Positions 11,032-21,390 of a stretch of 64,000 nt of DNA are shown in pieces (position 1 is the stretch's first letter; each line of letters begins with the position of its first letter). The position numbers were made by a program, and so were the translations under genes. Below the pieces are notes generated by a model, which saw nothing but the letters and a program-made list of their open reading frames with translations, was not told where the DNA came from and made no database searches. Source of the DNA: an uncultured delta proteobacterium (GTDB taxonomy: Bacteria; Desulfobacterota; BSN033; UBA1163). The DNA lies in contig CAVPSJ010000004.1 in NCBI GenBank assembly GCA_963708295.1, forward strand, positions 352,001 through 416,000, given 5' to 3'.

Positions 11032-12174
11032 TCATTCAATCCCCTTTAGCCGTAAGGCATCGTGAAGCAACGAATTTCCGTCGCATCGGTAGCAATGATT
11101 TTCTGTTCCCGAAGGGACATGCGCCCTGTGGACGATCTCCGAAGCCTCGAGAATCGTCTCAACGAACCATTGGCTCGTAGGAGCTCGGTGGCCCTCAAGT
11201 TTTGACCCCGGATTAGGCGACCAGACAAAGGGAACGACATTTGCTCCCAGGGCTGTCATTTCCTTGACCCCTTCCAGGAATGTCTTTTTAGGTTCCAATC
11301 CCATCACAAAAACCCCGTAGACGTTTCCTTCCCCAAAGATTTTAGCCGCAGTCCGTATGGAACGAATAAAGTTCCCATGACTGACATTCTTCGATTTTCC
11401 CGGGCAGATTGCCTCGTATAATTTCTCGTCCCATATTTCCATACTGAACCCAATGGCCTTTATCCCGGTATCGTAATATCTCTTTATTTCATCCTCCTCT
11501 CTTGCCGGCGAGGGAAGAATCGTCCCAGGAACACGGTCCAGGCCCGTTTGTTCCCGCATGGACTTTAGAATGTCGGCTACCCGTTCAATCTCTTTTTGAT
11601 GATTGAAGCATCCTCCGGTCAGAAGGACATGCTTCACCCTGCCCTCGGCGAAAGCGGCCTTCGCCACCTCACCGATATCTTCGGTCTCCTTCTTTTTTAA
11701 GACCGAGTCATAGGTTTTTGAAGTAGACACGAGATTGCAGAAGAGACATTCCTCTTTCTTAGAAAAATGACTGCAATAATTCTGATAACAGAAAAAGAGA
11801 CAATCCTCTCCTCCGATCTGTCCGATCTTCACCATGGGATGGTGGTTAACCGTCTCTTCCGTGTAATAGGCCGGCCTGGGAATCCATTCGACCTTGCATA
11901 TTCCTTCCTTGCCGTCGGATAACATCAGGTCGTTTTCTTCCACCGTCACCTGATAGGGTGAACGGCTATTCTTCCTGAACTGGACCACGGTTCCATCCGG
12001 AAGAAGGAAATCATCCGGCAGGGGTATCCCGGCATGATCCTCAAAATCCCAGCCAAAGAGACCGTGATTCTGCTCCTTATACTTCTTCCCTATCCCTTTA
12101 AGGGCCTTTGGAGTCGCCTGAATTCCCTCGACCAGCAGTTCTGCCTTGAGTTTTAGGAATCGGAGATCTGTCAT
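11032..12174 (-). CDS. radical SAM protein with non-canonical Cx8Cx2C motif
   Basis: CSHFSKKEECLFC, LLTGG, EAICPGK, C-terminal HCYRC. Confidence 0.75.
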   Translation of the reverse strand: MTDLRFLKLKAELLVEGIQATPKALKGIGKKYKEQNHGLFGWDFEDHAGIPLPDDFLLPDGTVVQFRKNSRSPYQVTVEENDLMLSDGKEGICKVEWIPRPAYYTEETVNHHPMVKIGQIGGEDCLFFCYQNYCSHFSKKEECLFCNLVSTSKTYDSVLKKKETEDIGEVAKAAFAEGRVKHVLLTGGCFNHQKEIERVADILKSMREQTGLDRVPGTILPSPAREEDEIKRYYDTGIKAIGFSMEIWDEKLYEAICPGKSKNVSHGNFIRSIRTAAKIFGEGNVYGVFVMGLEPKKTFLEGVKEMTALGANVVPFVWSPNPGSKLEGHRAPTSQWFVETILEASEIVHRAHVPSGTENHCYRCDGNSLLHDALRLKGIE

Positions 12175-12192
12175 GCTTTCACCTCCCTCTTC

Positions 12193-12807
12193 TTATGAGT
12201 CTTTGTCATGGGCCTCTCTGTTGGAAATGAGAAATATCCCTGTCAAACCGAAAAGGTTGGGGAGTATTCTTATCCTCCTCTTTTTACCAGCAAAGGCGGC
12301 CCTTTCTATCTTGATTTTTCTCTGATGACAATATCCGATGAAGTCTGAAATACTTAGGAAATGGAGGTTGGGGGTATCTTGCCATTCATAAGGCAAAGAC
12401 GGCGTAACCGGAGTCCTTCCCCTGAAAAATATCTGCAGACGTGCCTGATAGTGCGCAAAATTAGGGAATCCAACGATAACTTCACTTCCTACTCTCAACG
12501 CTTCCCTTAAAACAATATCGGGTTTCTTGACCTGCTGAAAACTTTGATTGAGTATCACGTAATCAAAGGACTGATCAGCGTAATCGGATAATCCATTGTC
12601 AATATCCTCATGGAATACACTTAACCCTTTAGCCACACATTGATAGATGGCCTGCTCATCAATCTCGATACCTTGGGCCTTCACGTGCCTTTCCCGGACG
12701 AGTAATGCCAACAATTCTCCATCGCCGCAACCAAGGTCTAAAACGGATGCACCTTCATGAATCCATTCAAGAATAGCCTTGTGGTCCAAGGAAGGGTTAG
12801 ATTGCAT
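12193..12807 (-). CDS. metW: methionine biosynthesis protein MetW
   Basis: VLDLGCGDG SAM-binding motif, GFPNFAH, LPYEWQDTPNLH; overlaps the end of metX. Confidence 0.9.
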   Translation of the reverse strand: MQSNPSLDHKAILEWIHEGASVLDLGCGDGELLALLVRERHVKAQGIEIDEQAIYQCVAKGLSVFHEDIDNGLSDYADQSFDYVILNQSFQQVKKPDIVLREALRVGSEVIVGFPNFAHYQARLQIFFRGRTPVTPSLPYEWQDTPNLHFLSISDFIGYCHQRKIKIERAAFAGKKRRIRILPNLFGLTGIFLISNREAHDKDS

Positions 12808-14065
12808 ACTCTGTTATCCTGCTTTCACCCGTCACTCCGTTTTCAAGGGTTACCTTTTGTAAGAAGTGCTTAACCATGTGTGTTTCCTCCTCAACCTCGA
12901 GGAGAAAGGCATCGTGGCCATAGGTCGAATCGATTTCGCAATAGGTCGTATCTACCCCTGCCCATTTGCATGCCTTTACAATTTCTTTAGATTGGGAAGC
13001 CGGATAGAGCCAATCCGATTTGAATGCCAGAACCAGGACTTTGGCTTTTGTCTCCTTAAATACCTCATGAAGATTTTTCCCCTTCGAAGCATCGAAAGAA
13101 TCGATCGCCCGGGTGATATAGAGATAGGAATTGGCATCAAATCGCTTCACGAAATGATCTCCTCGGTTGTGAAGGTATTCTTCCACCTCAAAATCAATGC
13201 TAAATTTGCGGGGGCTCCCGTTGTGACTCAAACGTCTTCCGAATTTCTCAGCCATCGAGATTTCGCTCATATAGGTGATATGGCCGATCATACGAGCGAC
13301 GGCGAGCCCCTTGGCCGGGGAATGCCCGCCGTAGTAGTGACCGTTTTTCCAAAGGGGATCCGCCATAATGGCTTGCCGTCCGACCTCATGAAATGCAATC
13401 TGCTGGGGCGAATGCTTTGTCGCCGTGGCAATAACGATGGCACTATTCAGCCGCTCCGGATGAGCGGTCAGCCACTCTAAGGCTTGCATGCCACCCATCG
13501 AGCCGCCTGCAACCGAAAGCAGGCGGTCAATTTCCAGATGATCGATCAAGTGCTTTTGCACATTGACCATATCCGGGATACTGATGATCGGGAAATCGAG
13601 GCCATAGGGCTTTCCTGTCCCTGGGTTGACGGAAGATGGACCGGTTGTGCCCCTGCAACCCCCGAGTACATTTGAGCAGATCACGAAGTACTTATCCGTA
13701 TCAAAGGCTTTACCCGGCCCGATCATATCGTCCCACCACCCCGGTTTTTCATCTCCTTTGTGAAGGCCTGCGGCATGGGCGTCTCCGGTAAGGGCATGAA
13801 GGATTAAAACAGCGTTGGACCGCTGTTGATTCAGCTGACCATAAGTTTCATAGGCGATGGTAATGGGCCCGAGCTTTTCGCCGTTTTCCAGGATAAGTTC
13901 GTTAGGGGGAAATGCCAATTGAAAATAGTTTGTTTTCACCACCCCCGCGCAATGATTCTTTTCTAAAACGAAAATCTGCTCGGGAATATCGGCACTTCGA
14001 TTGAATGGTTGTCCGGCTCTTTTGACTCGCTTGGCAATGAGATTAACCTCTGGCATTTTTTTCAC
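12797..14065 (-). CDS. metX: homoserine O-acetyltransferase
   Basis: HALTGD, GGSMGG nucleophile motif, FDANSYL, GHDAFL. Confidence 0.95.
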   Translation of the reverse strand: MKKMPEVNLIAKRVKRAGQPFNRSADIPEQIFVLEKNHCAGVVKTNYFQLAFPPNELILENGEKLGPITIAYETYGQLNQQRSNAVLILHALTGDAHAAGLHKGDEKPGWWDDMIGPGKAFDTDKYFVICSNVLGGCRGTTGPSSVNPGTGKPYGLDFPIISIPDMVNVQKHLIDHLEIDRLLSVAGGSMGGMQALEWLTAHPERLNSAIVIATATKHSPQQIAFHEVGRQAIMADPLWKNGHYYGGHSPAKGLAVARMIGHITYMSEISMAEKFGRRLSHNGSPRKFSIDFEVEEYLHNRGDHFVKRFDANSYLYITRAIDSFDASKGKNLHEVFKETKAKVLVLAFKSDWLYPASQSKEIVKACKWAGVDTTYCEIDSTYGHDAFLLEVEEETHMVKHFLQKVTLENGVTGESRITEYAI

Positions 14066-14153
14066 CTCATCGGGTTTCTCTGGTCCTTCTTTCCTAATCG
14101 CCCGGTACTCAGGAAAGAAGGCTTTTATTTTAATGGGCCCTTTGATGAGAAAA

Positions 14154-15491
<1,338 letters not shown>

Positions 15492-15498
15492 TCATTAC

Positions 15499-15543
15499 AA
15501 AAAACAAAAAAGCCCACTGCCAGTCTCTCTCTTGGCAGCGGGC
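15499..15543 (-). terminator. intrinsic terminator (putative attenuator) in the metY leader
   Basis: Minus strand GCCCGCTGCCA-N10-TGGCAGTGGGC (11-bp stem, one G-U pair) followed by TTTTTTGTTTTTT, ~47 nt before the metY ATG. Confidence 0.85.
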
Positions 15544-15575
15544 CTTTGGGTGCCGTAATATTTATCCGATGGTGC

Positions 15576-15689
15576 TTACATGGGCGCCCCTCCCCTGTCA
15601 AGATGACGACACATGGACATGCAGCACATCATCATTGATTTGCCATCTCTTCGCTCGGAATATGCGATCTTCGACAGTCTGCCCATCAT
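15576..15689 (-). CDS. 37-aa Met/Cys-rich leader peptide (putative attenuator peptide)
   Basis: Manual translation MMGRLSKIAYSERRDGKSMMMCCMSMCRHLDRGGAPM-TAA, located between a sigma70-like promoter and the terminator. Confidence 0.7.
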   Translation of the reverse strand: MMGRLSKIAYSERRDGKSMMMCCMSMCRHLDRGGAPM

Positions 15690-15740
15690 TCTCACTTTTC
15701 CCAAAAAAGTCAGTCTAATTAACTCCCACATTGTGGTACT

Positions 15741-15768
15741 AATTTAACATATGAATAAATTTTGTCAA
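15741..15768 (-). promoter_or_regulatory. sigma70-like promoter of the met leader/operon
   Basis: TTGACA-16 nt-TAAATT with a TG extension on the minus strand. Confidence 0.55.
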
Positions 15769-15908
15769 GTCTTTTTTCAAAAAAATTTTGATCCCTTTCA
15801 GATGGTAAACTAAAAAACCGCATTCAAATACTCACGACACCCTGCATCCACGGGGAAAAGTTTTCCAGGTCTTCAGTTTAGAACCCCGAAGCCCACCCGT
15901 CTGGAGTA

Positions 15909-18566
15909 CTACCCCTTCTCCCTTTTGAGCCTCTTGATCTTCACTTTGGGGCTCAGCTCAATCGTGCCGCTCAGGGGATCCACGCCTACGTTGTCCTTTG
16001 CAGTAATCAATGCATTGTAATTTATCCCCTTTTTCGAAACGGGGTCCATGTGGATCGTGCCTTTTCCATAGCACGCTGGAATCCCGACTACCTCCGGGTG
16101 AATGAGTTCGGTCAACTTCACTCTCCCCCTCGACTTCCCATACCGTGATTCCACCTCTATCCAGTCCCCGTCCCTGATCCCTTTCTTTTTCGCCGTCTCC
16201 TTGTTGATATGGATGAACATCTCATAGGCGTCCCTCTCGCGAAGCTCTGCTAACCAAGGATTTTCCTGAGTTCCCCCTGTGGCAAAGGGCATGAGGGAGG
16301 TCTTCCAGTTGACCACCCAGAGATCGAATTCAGGAGGAGCGTTAAGCTCATTGTTTGGAATCCAGTGGGGGATAGGTTTGAAGTAGGCAAAGAAGTCTTC
16401 CGTCTCGTCTTTCCTCCATCCCGGAATCTTTACGTTATCTTTCTTTAGGTTTTCCCGAAGCGTGTCTCCCGTTTTTTTTGTTTGTTCAAAATAAATGGGA
16501 TGCCGGGTCTTATTGTCAGGCCAATAGTAGTAGTTATAGCCTTCCTTCCCTGTCTTGGAGTATTTATAGATAAGGCCTTTTTTGAGGCCTTCTTCAAAGC
16601 TGTGTTCATCTCCGAAGATCTGTTTGATTCTGCGGTCGATGATCTCATCCAGTGTATACCTCTCGCCGAGGTCGAGCTTCCGATGATCTGTCAGCATGAA
16701 GGTCCGGTTGATGACGTCATTCAACCCTCCCTTTCCTTTGAGGAATCCCGCCCGGTCGGCCAGCTCGAGCATGATATCATCGATCTGCATCGTATTGAAC
16801 ATGGGCTTGACAGGGTTTCGGCAGAGGGCCATCTCCAGACCGCGCACATCGTCTGCAATGGACTGATGGACGACCAGATAAAATCGGCAGAACTTTCTTT
16901 CAAGGAAATAGGATTCCGGAAGAACGATGTCGGCCATCATTGTTGTTTCATCAAATTGTGTGGAGACGGTCACAATGAAGGGAACCTTCTTAAAGGCCTC
17001 GATGAAGATCTCCCGGTCGGTGATGGCCCGGATAGGGTTCCCGCCGCAGATTAAAAAAGCCTCTATCGGAAAATCGAGATAATACTCTTTCGGATCGACA
17101 ATGGCCCTGACGGCCAGATGGGGCGCCGTATGTTTTGTCGGATAGAACTCCGCCATATCGACATGGTCAGGCGGAAACTTCCAGGGGACGCCGATGGCTT
17201 CGAGGATGGGCGTCACGATCCCGTCCTCATTAGGCATGAGGGTTTCGGCACAGGGGCCAGGATTTCGATTCCCGGTAGCCCCACCCGGAACCTCCATCGC
17301 TCCCACCAGCATGTTGATGATCTTCGTGGCCAGGTCGAAGTACATGCCGCCTTTGTGTGAAACAGCCCCCCGCCCGGAGCCCGCAATCTGTGCGGGTCTG
17401 TATGGAAAAGTGAACCCGTCGATCACAATCGTAGAGCCGATCATAGCGTGGTCAATAAATTCTCTCGTCGTGAGACGAATGATCTCAGGCGGGACGGAAG
17501 TGATCTTCTCAGACCATTCCGGCGTATACTCTTTCACTCGTTCTTTGATCAGCTGAAATGCGGGCTTAGTCCGGACACCTCCGACTTCGTATTCTCCTTC
17601 CAGGACATAGTCGCTGATCGAGGGGTCGTCAAAGGTTTTCGCCTTCCCTTCTACGGAGTCCCAAAGAAGGGGCTTCCTTGACTTCGGATCTCGCACGTAG
17701 TAGCCATCCGGTCCGATCAGATAGGGACCATTCGTCCGGTTCTTCACAAACCACTCATCGAACTTGCCGATCTCATAAAGGATCGTGTGGATCATCGACA
17801 ACGCAAAGGCCAGTTCGGTCCCCGGACGGATGGGAATCCATCGGTACCCCTTGGAAGTCTCCACAGAAGAGCGCGGATCAAGGGTTACCAACTTCATCCC
17901 CCTTCCAATGGCTTCGAGGAACCGCCGGGTCGATCCGGGAGTCGCAACGTTGGGCCCTACGGTCCTTCCGGGAGCGATGAGATAATTGCAGTACTGAAGG
18001 TCTGAAATGTATTCGGGGTTCTGGCCATGGACCAGGTTAGACGCATAATGGATGGAGCAGAGGGGGCCGTGGGAGCCCACCACATTGGGCGTCCCGAAGG
18101 CGTCTGCGAAGATCTGTCCCGGCACCTTGTAGTTCGTCGCCTTCTCCACCTCCTTGGGCGTAATAAAGAGGCTCTCAGCGCACCCCCAGCCTTCCCAGAC
18201 GAGAAGTTTTCGGGGGTCTTCCTCGCGAATCTTTTTGAATTTTTCTGCAACCGTGTTCAATGCCTCTTCCCACGGTATTTCCACCCAGCCGGGGTCGATA
18301 TCCGGTCCCTTCTCCGGGTTTGTCCGCTTCAGAGGACCTTTGACGCGGTACGGGTTATACAATCCCATGATCGAAGAGATGGAGCGAATACAGATCTTAC
18401 CCCGATTGGTGGGGCAGTCAGGGTTACCCACGATATTGGTAATGACGCCATCTTCAACATGAACAAGCGTGCCGTCATCGGCCTGCATGCACATCATACA
18501 AAAACTGGGGATCCACCGATCCTCGGACTCCCTCGGGGCCTCTTGAATTAGATTTGGCAAGCTCAA
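15909..18566 (-). CDS. molybdopterin (bis-MGD) oxidoreductase catalytic subunit, DMSO reductase superfamily
   Basis: N-terminal Fe-S motif CMMCMQADD...KIC, RVKGPLKRTNP, ADIVLP, C-terminal molybdopterin-binding domain; TTG start after AGGAGGA; no Tat signal visible. Confidence 0.9.
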   Translation of the reverse strand: MSLPNLIQEAPRESEDRWIPSFCMMCMQADDGTLVHVEDGVITNIVGNPDCPTNRGKICIRSISSIMGLYNPYRVKGPLKRTNPEKGPDIDPGWVEIPWEEALNTVAEKFKKIREEDPRKLLVWEGWGCAESLFITPKEVEKATNYKVPGQIFADAFGTPNVVGSHGPLCSIHYASNLVHGQNPEYISDLQYCNYLIAPGRTVGPNVATPGSTRRFLEAIGRGMKLVTLDPRSSVETSKGYRWIPIRPGTELAFALSMIHTILYEIGKFDEWFVKNRTNGPYLIGPDGYYVRDPKSRKPLLWDSVEGKAKTFDDPSISDYVLEGEYEVGGVRTKPAFQLIKERVKEYTPEWSEKITSVPPEIIRLTTREFIDHAMIGSTIVIDGFTFPYRPAQIAGSGRGAVSHKGGMYFDLATKIINMLVGAMEVPGGATGNRNPGPCAETLMPNEDGIVTPILEAIGVPWKFPPDHVDMAEFYPTKHTAPHLAVRAIVDPKEYYLDFPIEAFLICGGNPIRAITDREIFIEAFKKVPFIVTVSTQFDETTMMADIVLPESYFLERKFCRFYLVVHQSIADDVRGLEMALCRNPVKPMFNTMQIDDIMLELADRAGFLKGKGGLNDVINRTFMLTDHRKLDLGERYTLDEIIDRRIKQIFGDEHSFEEGLKKGLIYKYSKTGKEGYNYYYWPDNKTRHPIYFEQTKKTGDTLRENLKKDNVKIPGWRKDETEDFFAYFKPIPHWIPNNELNAPPEFDLWVVNWKTSLMPFATGGTQENPWLAELRERDAYEMFIHINKETAKKKGIRDGDWIEVESRYGKSRGRVKLTELIHPEVVGIPACYGKGTIHMDPVSKKGINYNALITAKDNVGVDPLSGTIELSPKVKIKRLKREKG

Positions 18567-18665
18567 TCCTCCTCCTAAGCATCGCTTGTGTTGGTCAGCT
18601 AAGAATCGCCCGTGTCCGGTCGGATATGGAATACTTCACAGAAACCACCTCCAGCGGAGAGAAAG

Positions 18666-19082
18666 TTAAGCATCCCTTCGCTTGGAAATCCTTCTTAAGG
18701 CAGTCGTGCCAAAATTCTTTGTAAAGACTTCACACTTCCGGCAGACCTTCATCTTATGGCCCCAGTTATTTTGAGGTTTTCCGAGGCAAATGGTCCCGTT
18801 GATAAACCAGCAAAGGCTGCCCGCATTGAATTCCCATGCCGGACAACCTTGACGAGCCTGTACGGAACAGTTCTGAATTTCCCAGCAGGGCCGGGCATCT
18901 TTCGCTTTTCCTTTTTTCATATTCAGCAAGAAAAACATTTGACGTTCGATGTGTACAGGAACCTTCCGCCATCCCTGTTCAAAACTCTGAACGGTCTTGA
19001 GAGAAGTCCCCAGAAGTTCCGCCATCTGTTTCTGCGTCTTCTGGAGCTCCTGGCGAAACATGGAGAACTCTTGATTGTCCAT
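18666..19082 (-). CDS. XRE-type HTH transcriptional regulator with Cys-rich two-CW domain
   Basis: TQKQMAELLGTSLKTVQSFEQG HTH; CWEIQNC...CPAW...CWFINGTIC...CRKC. Confidence 0.8.
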   Translation of the reverse strand: MDNQEFSMFRQELQKTQKQMAELLGTSLKTVQSFEQGWRKVPVHIERQMFFLLNMKKGKAKDARPCWEIQNCSVQARQGCPAWEFNAGSLCWFINGTICLGKPQNNWGHKMKVCRKCEVFTKNFGTTALRRISKRRDA

Positions 19083-19844
19083 GGGCCTATCCTCCTTGTC
19101 GAAAAGAAAAAAATAATTCTAATACAATATACCACATACCACATTGTGGCATATGCCGTCAATAGTTCTGAGTCTGCCGGGGAGTCTTATTCATCGCAAA
19201 AAGATCAGAAGATGGGAGGAAAAGATGAATGCTTATTTGGGCAGAGCAACCAAGCGTCAAAACGCCGCGGAACAAGCGGAGGGAGTGATAGAGAGAAGAA
19301 GATCCAGATCGATAGAGGGTTAACTTTGAAAGGAAAAGTCCGCCCTTTTACAGGTTTCTCGAAACCACGCTTACCTTGAAAGAAATGAAAATAGATGAAA
19401 GCCCGAATGGATCTCTTCAATAGGAAATTCCAATATTGCAGCGGGCGATTATTGAAAATTCCAATTTGACATGTAGAAGCTCTTGATATAGTTTGGTTAT
19501 ACTTGATTTTATGAGGAACAGCGAGGGGCAAGAGGCGGTGGACATTCGTTCCATGTTTCGCTATCGCCCATGATCTGTCTCTTGGGATGCCCCTCGGTTT
19601 GGGCTGCGATCGTTTACGGGACGGATTGAGCCCGATTGGATTTGAAGGAGGCTCCCTTTCCATAGAAAGAAAGGTCTTCCCGAACTTCCTTCACAAGTCG
19701 ATTTCATCCCTTTTTGCTAGGGTGTGACAGTCGCGTGAAATTCTTAAAACGAAAACCGTTGCCGAACGATGACACGGGCGGCCTTGCAGTTACCGCTGGA
19801 CGAATGGACTGAACCTATTTTTTATGTAAATGCCCAGGGGCAAA

Positions 19845-20897
19845 ATGTGGGATTTTTTCAAAAAGAGAACATTAACCGGGCTCTCCCGCACCTGTGGCTG
19901 AGCGGCGAAAATTGGTCCGACGGATCTGTCGGACGCACTCAAGGCACTGCATTCCTCGCACGATCCCAACCTATTGGTAGGTTTTGAAACCTGCGATGAT
20001 GCAGCTGTTTATCGCCTGTCGGATAATATTGCCTTTATCAGCACAGTGGACTTCATCACACCCCCGATGGATGACCCTTACTGGTTTGGACAGATCGCCG
20101 CTGCCAATGCATTATCGGATGTCTATGCCATGGGAGGCAAACCTCTCACAGCTCTGAATCTTGTTATGTTTCCGACGAAGAAACTCGATTCGAGTCTTCT
20201 TAAGGAGATACTGCGGGGAGGATGCGATAAGGTATCCGAGGCAGGGGCTTCTATCGCAGGCGGACATTCGGTAGATGACAATGAACCGAAGTATGGTCTG
20301 GCGGTAACAGGAGTGGTTCATCCGGACCGCATCCTGACGAATTGCGACGCGAGAGAAGGCGACGTATTGATCCTGACCAAACCTATTGGTACAGGTGTCT
20401 TGTTTAATGCCTGCCGATCTAAGAAACTACCCTGGCATGATTTAGAAGTGATTCTCCCCGAGGTGGCTTCTCTCAATAAGAAAGCGATAGAAATCGGCTT
20501 GAACTTTGAAGTCCATGCCTGCACCGATATCACGGGTTTTGGGATCCTTGGACATTCTCTGGAGATGGCAAAAGGGAGTGGAGTCCAAATCAATCTTTTC
20601 TATGACAAGCTTCCGCTCTATCCAAATGCCCTTCAGATGTATCGCAAGGGCCAGACAACGGGAAGCAATAAGGCCAACAGAAGATTGGCTGAAGGGCTCT
20701 TTAAGAAAAAAAGAGAGCTTTCCGAAGAAGAAGAGGAATTACTCTTTGATCCTCAGACTTCCGGGGGACTTCTGCTTTCTGTTCCTTCAACCGAGGCGGA
20801 CCGGCTCGTCACTGAATTGAAAAGAGCCGGTATAGAGGCTGCTGCCCGGGTCGGTGAAGTGGTTTCGGGCCCACCGCCGTGCATTTGCATTATTTGA
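19845..20897 (+). CDS. selD: selenide, water dikinase (selenophosphate synthetase), selenoprotein with Sec at codon 19
   Basis: ATG 19845 reads MWDFFKKRTLTGLSRTCG-U(TGA 19899)-AAKIGP in frame with ORF 19974..20897 (DDAAVY, DFITP, NALSDVYAMGG, DPQTSGGLL). Confidence 0.93.
19915..19934 (+). promoter_or_regulatory. SECIS-like hairpin of selD
   Basis: GTCCGAC-GGATCT-GTCGGAC, 13 nt after the in-frame TGA. Confidence 0.7.
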
Positions 20898-21062
20898 GAG
20901 GACTTGGCCTCCCTAGGTGTTGGCTCTTCGCAACGGCTAGCTGAATAATATAACACTGCCCCGCAAAAAATACAGGATTCACCTTATTTACTTTTGAACA
21001 GAGATTCGATATGCTAGGCAAAAAGGGAGTTTTGAAATTCTTGAACGTGAGGAGGCAGATCC

Positions 21063-21338
21063 ATGGGAGGAAAAATCAAAACGAAGAAGGTTTCATTTGA
21101 ATTCGTGGCACCGGACGCACAGAAAGTCTACCTGGCGGGTGACTTCAATAACTGGGATCCCAAGACGAACCCGATGAAGAAGGACAAGAAAGGGGTATGG
21201 AAGGCAACCGTATCCTTGAAGCCAGGCAGATATGAATACCGTTTTCTCAAGGACGGCAGCTGGGAAAATGACCCTTTTTGTTGCGACTGCGTCCCCAACG
21301 AATTCGGAAGCCAGAATTGTGTGAGAATTGTTGAGTGA
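21063..21338 (+). CDS. CBM48/isoamylase early-set (glycogen-binding) domain protein
   Basis: APDAQKVYLAGDFNNW...LKPGRYEYRF...W.ND pattern. Confidence 0.85.
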   Translation: MGGKIKTKKVSFEFVAPDAQKVYLAGDFNNWDPKTNPMKKDKKGVWKATVSLKPGRYEYRFLKDGSWENDPFCCDCVPNEFGSQNCVRIVE

Positions 21339-21390
21339 TTGTTAGGGGCCAGTGTTTTTCTTCAATTGAAGCTATACCTTCACGGAACAG

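Noticed and set aside
15909-18566. Molybdoenzyme as the DmsA partner of the decaheme/porin pair
   Set aside because: No twin-arginine signal, no DmsB, and it is separated from the pair by the met operon.
19205-19663. 152-aa minus-strand ORF between the regulator and selD
   Set aside because: No recognisable motif and atypical composition; treated as intergenic.
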